A stretch of 64,000 nucleotides of DNA. It comes from Gemmatimonadota bacterium. Its GTDB lineage: Bacteria > Gemmatimonadota > Gemmatimonadetes > Longimicrobiales > Gaopeijiaceae. This document shows, one piece after another, positions 55,443-64,000 of the stretch. A program made the position numbers and the translations under genes. Each line of letters opens with the position of its first letter. The stretch's first letter is position 1. The stretch lies in NCBI GenBank assembly GCA_022822425.1, contig JAJEBS010000004.1, positions 5,501 through 69,500 on the forward strand, read 5' to 3'. The notes beneath the pieces were generated by a model. It was not told where the DNA came from and ran no database searches. It saw nothing but the letters and a program-made list of their open reading frames with translations.

Positions 55443-56618
55443 ATGACCCTGCGGGAGAGCGTGCGCAGCCGTGCGCGGGAAGGCGACGCGCTCGCCCTGG
55501 CGCGACTCCTGGTGGCCGTGCCATCCGTCAATCCGCGGATCGAGGCCTCCGGAAGCGGGGAAGCGGAGATCGCCGCCTGCTCGGCCGAGCTGCTTGAAGG
55601 CTGGGGATTCCAGGTGTCGCTGACGGAACCCGAGCCGGGCCGCCCCAACGTGGTCGGACGCATGGGCGAGGGGCCCCGGAGCCTCATGTTCAACGGGCAC
55701 CTCGACACCGTCGGCGTGGAGGGCATGACCATCGACCCGTTCGGCGCCGAAGTTCGGGACGGACGCCTGTGGGGACGGGGGTCGTGCGACATGAAGGGTG
55801 GAGTGGCGGCCCTGCTGAGCGCGGCGGCCGCGCTGGCGCGGTGGGGTCCGCCGAATGAGCTCATCGTTGCGCTGACCGCCGACGAGGAGCACGCCAGCAC
55901 CGGAATGGCCGGGCTCACCGAGTCGGGAGTGCGGGCCGATGCCGCCGTGGTATGCGAGCCGACCGGGCTCGCGGTCATGCCGGCCCACAAGGGGTTCGTG
56001 TGGGTCGAGGCCGGTTTCTCCGGGCGCGCCGCGCATGGGTCGCGGCCCGATCAGGGCGTGGACGCGATTCTGCACGCCGCCGAGTTCCTCGTCGCCATGG
56101 CGGAGTACGAGGAAAGCCTGCTGGAGGGGGCGCCGCATCCGCTGCTGGGCTGGGGATCGATTCACGCGGGGACCATCTCCGGGGGCGCCGCACCGTCGGT
56201 CTACCCGGAGCACTGCGAGGTCGTGGTGGAGCGGCGCACTCTGCCCCACGAGTCGCCCGAAACCGTGATGCGGGAGCTCGCGGCCGTGGTGGCGGGGCTG
56301 GGCGAGGAGGCGCGGTCCGGTGCCGCGCTGCGCATGACGCTGGAGCGTCCGGGGACGGAGGTGCCGGAGTCGTCACCGCTGGTGCAGGGCCTGCTCCGGG
56401 CGATCGCCGCCAGCGGACGGGATCCGACCATCGAAGGCATGACCGCCTGGGTCGACGCCGCCTTCCTGAACCAGTCCGGGACGCCGGCCGTATGTTTCGG
56501 TCCCGGCTCGATCGCGCAGGCGCACTCCGCCGACGAATGGATCGCCGTCGACGAGATCGAGGCGTGCGCGCGCATCCTGGAGGATATCGGCCGGGAGTTC
56601 CTGTCCGGAGGAAGGTAG
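55443..56618 (+). CDS. M20-family peptidase (ArgE/DapE/acetylornithine deacetylase-like)
   Basis: FNGHLDTVGVEGM, GRGSCDMKGGVAALL, ADEEHAS, and the C-terminal SIAQAHSADEWI. Confidence 0.82.
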   Translation: MTLRESVRSRAREGDALALARLLVAVPSVNPRIEASGSGEAEIAACSAELLEGWGFQVSLTEPEPGRPNVVGRMGEGPRSLMFNGHLDTVGVEGMTIDPFGAEVRDGRLWGRGSCDMKGGVAALLSAAAALARWGPPNELIVALTADEEHASTGMAGLTESGVRADAAVVCEPTGLAVMPAHKGFVWVEAGFSGRAAHGSRPDQGVDAILHAAEFLVAMAEYEESLLEGAPHPLLGWGSIHAGTISGGAAPSVYPEHCEVVVERRTLPHESPETVMRELAAVVAGLGEEARSGAALRMTLERPGTEVPESSPLVQGLLRAIAASGRDPTIEGMTAWVDAAFLNQSGTPAVCFGPGSIAQAHSADEWIAVDEIEACARILEDIGREFLSGGR

Positions 56619-57335
56619 ATGGAGGGCAATCCACGGGCCGGTGGCGAAGCGCTGAGCAAGGTGCGCCAGGCCACCATCGACCGGCTGTGCGAGCGGTTTG
56701 CCGAGGATCGCCTGTCGATGGACGACTTCGAGCGCCGTCTCGATCTCGCGCACCGGGCGACCACGACCCGTCAGCTCGCGGCGCTCGTGGCCGGTTTCCC
56801 TCCGGCGGCCCCGCAGCCGGCCGGCGGCGACACGGCTTCGGCGAGCCCCGCGCGCCGGAACCTTCCGGCGAATGTGGTGCCCCCGGAGAGGGTGCCGTCC
56901 CGGCAGTTCATGGCAGGCGTCCTGGGAGCGAGCACGCGGGGTGGAGTCTGGGTCGCGCCCCGCGAGATGTACGCCGTCGCGCTGATGGGAGGGGTGGAAC
57001 TCGATTTTCGGGAGGCCGGGTTCGGGCCGGGCGTTACCGAGGTGACCGTGTTTGCCATGTGGGGCGGCGTGGACGTCATCGTTCCGCCGGGCCTGCAGGT
57101 CGAGTGCAACGGTGTGGGCATCCTGGGAGCGTTCGAACGAGAGTCTGACGAACTCGCCGATGCCTCCGTGGTTTCCCCGGATCCGGGATCTCCGGTGTTG
57201 CGGGTCAACGGAGTGGCCCTGATGGGTGGCGTGGACGTCAGCACGCGGCTGCCGGGCGAAAGGGAAAAGGACGCCGCCCGCCGCCGCAAGCTGGCGCGGA
57301 AGGCGCGCCGAAAGCAGCTCCGGGAGAGATGGTGA
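56619..57335 (+). CDS. DUF1707 (SHOCT-like) N-terminal plus LiaF-C-like domain protein
   Basis: RQATIDRLCERFAEDRLSMDDFERRLDLAHRATTTRQLAALVAGFP. C-terminal GGVELDFREAG...MWGGVDVIVPPG pattern. Confidence 0.6.
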   Translation: MEGNPRAGGEALSKVRQATIDRLCERFAEDRLSMDDFERRLDLAHRATTTRQLAALVAGFPPAAPQPAGGDTASASPARRNLPANVVPPERVPSRQFMAGVLGASTRGGVWVAPREMYAVALMGGVELDFREAGFGPGVTEVTVFAMWGGVDVIVPPGLQVECNGVGILGAFERESDELADASVVSPDPGSPVLRVNGVALMGGVDVSTRLPGEREKDAARRRKLARKARRKQLRERW

Positions 57336-58240
57336 AGGAGCTGGCGCTGGTGTCGGTGCAGATGGACCTGGGCGCCGGACGGCGCGGCGTGGACATGGGA
57401 CCGTCCGCGATCCGCATCGCCGGGCTGCGGAATACGCTGGAAGGACTCGACTACCGCGTTCGCGAGATGGGAACGGTGGTGGCGATGGATCCGGAACGCT
57501 CGGAGCAGCAGGATCTCAACGCGCGCTACCTGCCCGAAGTCGAGTCGGTATGCCGCCGCGCCCGCGACATGGTCGAAGATGCGCTGGTGCGGGGGTGCAT
57601 GCCCCTGGTGCTGGGCGGAGACCACAGCATCGCCATGGGGTCCGTGGCGGGGGTGAGCCGCTTCTGCGCGCGCAACCGGGAGAGGATCGGCCTCATCTGG
57701 GTGGATGCGCACTCGGACATGAACACGCCGGAGACCAGCCCGTCGGGCAACGTGCACGGGATGCCGCTCGCGGTGCTCACCGGCCACGGGCCCCGGGTGC
57801 TGAGGTCGCTGGCGGACCGCCATCCGGCGGTGCGGCCGGAGAACGTGAGCATGATCGGGGTGCGCGAAATCGATGCGGCCGAGCGGGACGTGGTCGTCTC
57901 ATCCGGCGTGCGCGTGTTCACCATGTCGGAAGTCGACGAGCGCGGCATCGCCCCCTGCGTGGACGAGGCAATCGCCAGAGCGTGCGCGGGCACCGCCGGG
58001 TTCCACCTCTCCTACGACCTGGACAGCCTCGATCCCATGATCGCGCCGGGCGTGGGCACGCCGGTTCCCGGCGGGCTGACGTTCCGCGAAGGACACCTGA
58101 TCTGCGAGAAGGTGGCCCGGTCGGGACGGCTCCTCAGCCTGGAGGTGGTGGAGCTCAACCCCGTGCTGGACGCCCGCAACCGCACCGCGCAGATGGCGGT
58201 GGGGCTGATCGCCTCCGCGCTCGGGCAGACGATACTCTGA
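57329..58240 (+). CDS. rocF: arginase
   Basis: GAGRRGVDMGPSAIR, LGGDHSIAMGS, VDAHSDMNTPETSPSGNVHGMPLA, SYDLDSLDP, and EVVELNP (ureohydrolase Mn-binding motifs). Confidence 0.88.
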   Translation: MVKELALVSVQMDLGAGRRGVDMGPSAIRIAGLRNTLEGLDYRVREMGTVVAMDPERSEQQDLNARYLPEVESVCRRARDMVEDALVRGCMPLVLGGDHSIAMGSVAGVSRFCARNRERIGLIWVDAHSDMNTPETSPSGNVHGMPLAVLTGHGPRVLRSLADRHPAVRPENVSMIGVREIDAAERDVVVSSGVRVFTMSEVDERGIAPCVDEAIARACAGTAGFHLSYDLDSLDPMIAPGVGTPVPGGLTFREGHLICEKVARSGRLLSLEVVELNPVLDARNRTAQMAVGLIASALGQTIL

Positions 58241-58351
58241 GGTGGCGCCGGCCGGCCGTCAACCGCGCCGATGGCCGTGCCGCGCGGGCCGACGCGATCC
58301 AGCGCGCATGCGTGGCCACTCGAATGTCGGGGGGAGTTCGTCCGCGGGCGG

Positions 58352-58771
58352 CTACGCGCAGTGCTGGTCGAACGCGCTTCCCAGGTCGGCGGCGATCTGG
58401 TAGGCGGAATGCCCCTCGATCTGGTGGCGCTCCATCATGTACACGAGTTCGCCGTCCTTGAACAGCGCGACCGACGGCGACGACGGCGGGTAGCCGGCGA
58501 TGTACTCGCGCGCCTTGGCGGTGGCGTCCATGTCCTGACCCGCGAAGACGGTGGTCAGGATCTCGGGGCGGTTCTCGTGCTCCATCGCCAGGGCGACCCC
58601 GGGCCGCATGGCTCCCGCCGCGCAACCGCAGATCGAGTTCACGACCAGCAGCAGGGTGCGGTCTTCACCGTCCACGACCGCGTCCACCTGGTCGGCCGTG
58701 CGCAACTCCTGAAAGCCCATGCGGACCAGTTCCGCGCGCATGGGGGCAACGATCATCTCGGGGTATGGCAT
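58352..58771 (-). CDS. BrxA/BrxB-family bacilliredoxin (YphP/YqiW, DUF1094)
   Basis: MPYPEMIVAPMRAELVRMGFQELRTADQVDAVV...LLVVNSICGCAAG (CGC active site)...HQIEGHSAYQIAADL. Confidence 0.8.
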   Translation of the reverse strand: MPYPEMIVAPMRAELVRMGFQELRTADQVDAVVDGEDRTLLLVVNSICGCAAGAMRPGVALAMEHENRPEILTTVFAGQDMDATAKAREYIAGYPPSSPSVALFKDGELVYMMERHQIEGHSAYQIAADLGSAFDQHCA

Positions 58772-59059
58772 CGCGAATCACTCCGGTCGCTGGGGACAGC
58801 CTGGAACGGGATGGGGGGGCGGCGGTGGCATTTGCCGGATCGCCGCAGCGGACATCCCGAGTGGGCGGAAAGTAACGCGGAGCGAACTGTCCCCTCAAGT
58901 CCTGGTACTATTGCTTGCAGGGCGGTTGCGGATCCAGGTTTCCCGAACCCTCGCAGGGGCCGCGGGGGCTTCCGCGAGGGTGGCCCCTCCCGGGCACCGG
59001 CTGCCGCTGCCCCCTTTCGCCCAGGAATCTCACAGGAAGCGGGAGGCCGCCGGGCTCGC

Positions 59060-59584
59060 ATGGTGAAGGCCACGACCTGCATCGTTCATCTGCGCGTAAA
59101 CGGAGACGACTACGCGCCGGGCGTTCCCTCGCACTACACGCTGCTCGAGACGCTGCGCTACGTCATCGGGCTCACCGGCTCCAAGCAGGGCTGCGACAAG
59201 GGCGACTGCGGGGCATGCACGGTCATCGTCGATGGAGAGCCCCATCTGTCGTGCATCACTCCGGTCCTCGCGGCGGAGGGGCGCGAGATCCGTACCGTCG
59301 AGGGGCTCGCCGCCGCAGGGCGGCCGCACCCGGTGCAGGATGCCTTCGATCTCAACGGGGCGGCTCAGTGCGGCTTCTGCACGCCCGGCATCCTGTGCTC
59401 GGCCGTCGCCCTTCTGGAGCGCAACGACGCCCCGAGCCGGACGGAGATCCGGGAGGCGCTCGCCGGCAATCTCTGCCGTTGCACCGGTTACACCAAGATC
59501 TACGAAGCGGTCGAGTCGGCGGCTGCGGTGTTGCGAGTGGAGACCGGCGCAACGGAGACCGGCGGAATGGAGAGCGGCGAATGA
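59060..59584 (+). CDS. (2Fe-2S)-binding small subunit of a xanthine dehydrogenase/CO dehydrogenase-family molybdoenzyme
   Basis: LRVNGDDY...GSKQGCDKGDCGACTVIVDGEPHLSC...AAQCGFCTPGILCSA...GNLCRCTGYTKI. The ORF's 5' extension from 58271 was trimmed. Confidence 0.9.
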   Translation: MVKATTCIVHLRVNGDDYAPGVPSHYTLLETLRYVIGLTGSKQGCDKGDCGACTVIVDGEPHLSCITPVLAAEGREIRTVEGLAAAGRPHPVQDAFDLNGAAQCGFCTPGILCSAVALLERNDAPSRTEIREALAGNLCRCTGYTKIYEAVESAAAVLRVETGATETGGMESGE

Positions 59585-62079
59585 GCGATCGCCCTCGAGC
59601 TGGCCCGGCCCTGGGGGATCTTCCCCTGTGGGCGGAGTCGGGCGACGGGTCCGAGCCGGGGTCCGGGGCGGGGTCCGGCTTCACGCTGATAGGCAAGCCT
59701 CAGCGCAAGGTGGACGGGCTGGCCAAGGCCACCGGCAAGGCGGCGTACACCGACGACATCTCGCTCCCGGGGATGCTGCACGGGAAGATCCTGCGGAGCC
59801 CGCACCCGCACGCACGCATCCTCTCCATCGATGCCTCCCGGGCGCTCGCGCTCAAAGGCGTGCGCGCCGTCATCACGGGCCGGGACATGCCGGTCCGCTA
59901 CGGCATCATTCCGTGGACGCCCGACGAATACCCGCTGTGCGTGGAGCGGGTGCGCTACATCGGGGACGGGGTGGCGGCGGTGGCGGCGGTGGACGAGGAC
60001 ACCGCGAACCGCGCGCTTTCGCTGATCCGCGTCGAGTACGAGGAACTGCCGGCCTGTCTGGACCCGGCGGAGGCGCTGGCGGCGGATGGCAGCGCGGAGC
60101 GTCCCTTCATCCACGAGCCTCGCCGGGAGGGGCGGAACGGCAACGTCACCAAGCGGGTGCGGCTCAGTTTCGGCGAGGTGGACGAGGGCATGGCGGGAGC
60201 CGATGTGGTGGTGGAGGGCGAGTACTTCTTCGAGGGCAGCACCCACACGCCCATCGAGCCGCACTGCGCCATCGGCCGCTACGACGAGAACGGGCGCCTG
60301 ACGGTGTGGTCGTCCACCCAGGTGCCCCACTACCTGCACCGCGAGCTGGCCTCGGTCCTGGGCCTGGATCCCGCGACCATCCGGGTCATCCAGCCGCCCG
60401 TGGGCGGGGCGTTCGGCGGCAAGTCCGAGCCCTTCGACCTGGAGTTCTGCGTCGCCCGCCTGGCCATGGAGACGGGGCGCCCGGTCAAGATCCTGTACAC
60501 CCGCGAAGAGGTGTTCTACGCCCACCGCGGGCGGCATCCCTTCCACATGAAGTACCGGACCGGCGCCGACGGGGAGGGCAGGCTGCGGGCGGTGGACGCC
60601 GAGGTCGTGCTGGACGGGGGCGGCTACGCGTCCTTCGGGCTGGTGACCACGTATTACGCCGGCCAGTTGCTCACCGCGCCCTACGCCATGCCCGCGTACC
60701 GCTTCGATTCCACGCGCGTCTACACCAACAAGCCCGCGTGCGGCCCGAAACGCGGCCACGGCTCGGTGCAGCCTCGCTTCGCCTTCGAGGTGCAGCTGGA
60801 CAAGCTCGCCGAGAAGCTGGGGATGGACCCCATCGAGCTGCGGCGCGTCAACTTCATGGGCAGCGACACGCGCACGGTCAACGAGCTGCGCGTCACCTCG
60901 AACGGCTTCCTCGAGTGTCTGGACGCCGTGGAGCGGGCCAGCGGCTGGCGGGAGCGCTTCCGACGGCTGGCCCCGGGACGGGGACTCGGGGTGGCCGGTT
61001 CGTGCTACATCTCGGGGACCAACTACCCGGTGTATCCCAACGAGATGCCGCAGTCGGCGATCCAGCTGCAGGTGGACAGGTCCGGGCGGGTGGCGGTGCT
61101 GAGCGGTGCGTCGGAGATCGGGCAGGGATGCGACTCCATGGTGGCGTACATCACGGCGGAGGAGCTGGGCGTTCCGCTCGGGTACGTGCGCGTGCTGGCC
61201 GGCGACACCGACTTCACCCCTGTGGACCTGGGCGCGTATTCGTCGCGCATCACCTTCATGCTCGGCAACGCCTGCATCGACGCCGCCCGCAAACTGCGGA
61301 GGAAGGTGCAGGAGGCCGTGGCGGAGCACTGGGATTGTCGGCCGGGCCAGGTTCGACTGGCGGGAGGGTGGGCGTATTACGCGCCCGACACGGGGCGCCG
61401 GATGCCCATCGCGGAGGCGTTCAACCTGGCCGAGGCACGCTTCGGCACCCTGGGAGCCACGGGCTGGTACAACACCCCGCGCGACAATCACGGCGACTAC
61501 CGGGGCGGGACCATCGGCGCCTCGCCCGCGTACTCCTTCACGGCCCATGTGGCCGAGGTCGACGTGGATGTCGAGACCGGGGTCGTGGACGTGGTCCGGA
61601 TCTGGGTGGCGCACGACTGCGGGCGCGCCCTGAATCCGGTGCTGGTGGAAGGCCAGATGGAGGGGTCCGTCTACATGGGCTTCGCCGAGGCGCTCATGGA
61701 GGAGCAGATCTTCAAGTCATCCGCGCAGGGGCGCGCCGGGCTCCACAATGCTCCCTCGCTCCTCGACTACCGCATCCCCACCAGCCTGGACACCCCGGAA
61801 ATCGAGTCGCTGATCGTCGAGTCGATCGATCCGGAGGGGCCCTATGGCGCCAAGGAGGCGGGCGAGGGCCCGCTCCATTCCTCGATCCCGGCAATCGCCA
61901 ACGCCATCTACGACGCAACCGGAGTTCGCATGGACCGTCTGCCCTTCTCGCCGCCGAATGTGTGGAAAGCCATCCAGGGGGCCGGGGGCCCGAAGGCGCT
62001 GGAGCCGCCCCGGCGACGGACCGCCGCGCCACGAGTGTCCGGGCGGGCTGCAAGGGCGGCGGTGGGGGTGGGCGGATGA
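59581..62079 (+). CDS. molybdopterin-binding large subunit (xanthine dehydrogenase family)
   Basis: ATGA overlap with the small subunit. IGKPQRKVDGLAKATGKAAYTDDISLPGMLHGKILRSPHPHARI, PVGGAFGGK, GQGCDSMVAYITAEELG, YGAKEAGEGPL. Confidence 0.9.
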   Translation: MSDRPRAGPALGDLPLWAESGDGSEPGSGAGSGFTLIGKPQRKVDGLAKATGKAAYTDDISLPGMLHGKILRSPHPHARILSIDASRALALKGVRAVITGRDMPVRYGIIPWTPDEYPLCVERVRYIGDGVAAVAAVDEDTANRALSLIRVEYEELPACLDPAEALAADGSAERPFIHEPRREGRNGNVTKRVRLSFGEVDEGMAGADVVVEGEYFFEGSTHTPIEPHCAIGRYDENGRLTVWSSTQVPHYLHRELASVLGLDPATIRVIQPPVGGAFGGKSEPFDLEFCVARLAMETGRPVKILYTREEVFYAHRGRHPFHMKYRTGADGEGRLRAVDAEVVLDGGGYASFGLVTTYYAGQLLTAPYAMPAYRFDSTRVYTNKPACGPKRGHGSVQPRFAFEVQLDKLAEKLGMDPIELRRVNFMGSDTRTVNELRVTSNGFLECLDAVERASGWRERFRRLAPGRGLGVAGSCYISGTNYPVYPNEMPQSAIQLQVDRSGRVAVLSGASEIGQGCDSMVAYITAEELGVPLGYVRVLAGDTDFTPVDLGAYSSRITFMLGNACIDAARKLRRKVQEAVAEHWDCRPGQVRLAGGWAYYAPDTGRRMPIAEAFNLAEARFGTLGATGWYNTPRDNHGDYRGGTIGASPAYSFTAHVAEVDVDVETGVVDVVRIWVAHDCGRALNPVLVEGQMEGSVYMGFAEALMEEQIFKSSAQGRAGLHNAPSLLDYRIPTSLDTPEIESLIVESIDPEGPYGAKEAGEGPLHSSIPAIANAIYDATGVRMDRLPFSPPNVWKAIQGAGGPKALEPPRRRTAAPRVSGRAARAAVGVGG

Positions 62080-63098
62080 ACGCACGGCGGGGCGCACCTG
62101 CACGAACGGGCGCATTGGCGCACGTAATACAGGTGTATTACAGGCGCCTGGTGCGCCCCTCGGCGGCCATCGTCGCGCTTCTGGCTCTTGCCTCGTGTGA
62201 TGCGGGGTCTTCCGCCGAAGAGGCCCGCCTGCTGGCGATGTCCGAGGGGACGGCGGAGGACTGGGACATCGTGCGCTCCACCCTCGCCCGGGCCTGGGAC
62301 GAAGAGCTGCACCTCCTCCCGCTGGGCGAGACCATGGCGCGCATCGGAGTCACCTTCGTGGGCACCGCGTATGTGCCGGCGACGCTGGAGGTGGAGGGTC
62401 CCGAGCGGCTGGTCATCAACCTGCGGGAGCTCGACTGCGTCACCTTCGTGGAGAACGTGCTCGCGCTCGGCCGCCTCGTTCATCTCCACGATCCGTCGGC
62501 GCTCGATGACGAGGATTGGCTGCGCGACGAGTACCGGCGCCTGCTCACCGGGATCCGGTATCGGGGAGGGAAGCTCGAGGGTTATCCGAGCCGGCTCCAC
62601 TACTTCTCCGAGTGGATCGCCGACAACGAGGCGCGCGGGCTGGTGCGGGACGTCTCGCGGGAGCTCGGCGGGGTGGCCGACGAAACCCCGATCGACTTCA
62701 TGTCGACGCACCCGGACGCCTACCGGCAGCTCTCCGAGCCCGGCGTGGTCGACGAGATCGCGCGCATGGAGGCGCGGCTGAGCGCGCGGCCGCGCTACTA
62801 CATCGGCGAGGACCACATCGAGGAAGCGGCTCCGGGCATCGCCCACGGCGACATCATCGCCGCCACGTCCACCGTTGCAGGCCTCGACATCGCGCATACC
62901 GGGCTGGCGCTGGTGCGGGACGGCAGCGTGTACCTGCTGCACGCTCCACTGGTCGGGTCCGAGGTCCAGATCAGCGAGGTGCCGCTCTCGGCGCGCGTGC
63001 AGCGCATCGGAGGCCAGGACGGGATCATGGTGGCGAGGCCCCTCGATCCGGGCGGTGCGGACGAAGAGCCGGCCGATGCGCCCGCGAGAGGTCGCTGA
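62076..63098 (+). CDS. DUF1460-like (amidase/transglutaminase-like fold) lipoprotein
   Basis: ATGA overlap with the large-subunit stop. Lipobox-like LALASC. LVINLRELDCVTFVENVLALGRLV...RLHYFSEWIADNEARGLVRDV...IAHTGLALV pattern typical of DUF1460. Confidence 0.6.
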   Translation: MNARRGAPARTGALAHVIQVYYRRLVRPSAAIVALLALASCDAGSSAEEARLLAMSEGTAEDWDIVRSTLARAWDEELHLLPLGETMARIGVTFVGTAYVPATLEVEGPERLVINLRELDCVTFVENVLALGRLVHLHDPSALDDEDWLRDEYRRLLTGIRYRGGKLEGYPSRLHYFSEWIADNEARGLVRDVSRELGGVADETPIDFMSTHPDAYRQLSEPGVVDEIARMEARLSARPRYYIGEDHIEEAAPGIAHGDIIAATSTVAGLDIAHTGLALVRDGSVYLLHAPLVGSEVQISEVPLSARVQRIGGQDGIMVARPLDPGGADEEPADAPARGR

Positions 63099-64000
63099 AT
63101 GCTGCGCCTGCCCCCGTTCCGCTATCACCGGCCCCGAACGGTCGACGAAGCCGTGGGGCTGCTGGACCGCTGGGGGAGCCGGGCGCTTCCGGTTTCCGGG
63201 GGCACCGACCTCATCCCCAACATGAAGCACCGACTGTTCACCCCGGACCACCTGATCGCGCTAAGGCAGATCCCCGGCATGAGAGGGTTCAGGCGCGATG
63301 GCAGTGCCCTGGTGATCGGAGGGGCGGAGACGCTGGCCTCGGTGGCGCGGCATCCCGAGGTGCGGCGCCGGTTCCCGTCGCTGGCCGCGGCGGCCGGGCA
63401 GGTGGCGGGGCCGCAGCTGCGCAACATGGGCACCCTGGGAGGCAACATCTGCCTGGACACCCGCTGCACCTACTACAACCAGACGGAGTTCTGGCGGGAT
63501 GCCCTCGGGTACTGCCTGAAGAAGGATGGCGACGTCTGCCACGTGACCCGCGTGGGGAAGAAGTGCGTGGCCGCGCACTCGGCGGATACGCCGCCCGTGC
63601 TCATGACCCTGGGCGCGGCCATCGAGCTTGCCGGGCCGGAGGGACGCCGGGAAGTGGGCCTGAACGACTTCTTCCTGGCGGACGGCATCTGGAACAGTCG
63701 CAGGAAGCCGGGCGAGATCGTGACCCGGGTGCGCATTCCGTTTCCCTCGCGCGACAGCCGCGCGGCGTACACCAAGCTGCGCCAGCGCCGCTCGATCGAC
63801 TTCCCGCTGCTCTCGGTGGCGGTCTCCGCCGACTTCCAGCGCTCCGGAAGGGTCTGCCAGATCATGGGCGTGGTGACCGCGCTGGGCGCTCGCCCGCGGC
63901 TGCTCACCGGGTGGGCGCGCATCGCCCTGGGCCGCACGCTCTCCGTCGAAGTGATCGAGACCCTCGCGGAGCGGGCCCACCGCCAGTGTCATCCGCTGGA
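63099..64000 (+). CDS. FAD-binding medium subunit of the molybdoenzyme (CoxM/XdhB-like), 3' end outside window
   Basis: Not in the ORF track (no stop in window). Hand translation from ATG 63099 gives MLRLPPFRYHRPRTVDEAVGLLDRWGSRALPVSGGTDLIPNMKHRLFTPDHLIALRQIPGM..., the FAD_binding_5 signature. The start is 1 nt after the upstream stop. Confidence 0.8.
   Translation, partial: MLRLPPFRYHRPRTVDEAVGLLDRWGSRALPVSGGTDLIPNMKHRLFTPDHLIALRQIPGMRGFRRDGSALVIGGAETLASVARHPEVRRRFPSLAAAAGQVAGPQLRNMGTLGGNICLDTRCTYYNQTEFWRDALGYCLKKDGDVCHVTRVGKKCVAAHSADTPPVLMTLGAAIELAGPEGRREVGLNDFFLADGIWNSRRKPGEIVTRVRIPFPSRDSRAAYTKLRQRRSIDFPLLSVAVSADFQRSGRVCQIMGVVTALGARPRLLTGWARIALGRTLSVEVIETLAERAHRQCHPL

Noticed and set aside
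59232-63098. Very long alternative-frame or antisense ORFs, for example 59232..63098 (+, 1288 aa), 59500..61614 (-), 5499..7313 (-), 1847..3181 (-), 3103..4440 (-), 18240..19664 (-), 43924..44823 (-)
   Set aside because: These are typical stop-poor shadow frames of high-GC DNA. Their translations are Arg/Gly/Pro/Ala-rich with no motifs. The overlapping frames carry clear conserved domains. Only the last 340 aa of 59232..63098 (from ATG 62076) look like a real gene.

Overview
High-GC (roughly 65-70% by eye) bacterial chromosomal segment covering the replication-origin neighbourhood. The taxon cannot be fixed from the sequence alone; the SusC/SusD pair and sigma-54 regulator would fit an FCB-group or Gemmatimonadota-like organism.

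Gene content, in order:
- SusC/SusD outer-membrane uptake pair, followed by a CRTAC1/ASPIC-type FG-GAP protein interrupted by a single in-frame TGA, then thiol-redox modules.
- NHL-repeat protein.
- 17 tRNA genes packed on the minus strand (about 9.9-12.3 kb).
- NPP-type phosphodiesterase and msrA.
- lipA-pdhA-pdhB-pdhC operon.
- parA-parB-M23 peptidase-bactofilin operon.
- The conserved ori cluster mnmG, mnmE, yidC, yidD, rnpA, rpmH <-> dnaA, dnaN. The usual rsmG slot is occupied by a small LAGLIDADG-like ORF.
- pyrE.
- Histidine kinase and sigma-54 response regulator with unknown secreted or outer-membrane proteins.
- tRNA-Asn and a second alkaline-phosphatase-family gene.
- AraC-like regulator coupled to a giant SARP-AAA-TPR regulator.
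- Secreted cyanophycinase-like peptidase, DsbA, small housekeeping genes, arginase, bacilliredoxin.
- Xanthine-dehydrogenase/CODH-family operon that runs off the 3' end.

No CRISPR array, transposase or integrase was seen.

Most interesting observations:
1. A possible selenocysteine (or pseudogenising) TGA at 6735-6737.
2. A ~230-nt structured element bounded by two intrinsic terminators. The second terminator abuts the first tRNA of a 16-tRNA run and has an alternative antiterminator-like pairing.
3. A LAGLIDADG-like gene whose start lies in a perfect 29-bp pseudo-palindromic direct repeat at the mnmG 3' end.
4. Several clusters of DnaA-box-like 9-mers (TTTTCCACA type).

Many long ORFs in the track are antisense or out-of-frame shadows typical of high-GC DNA and were not annotated.
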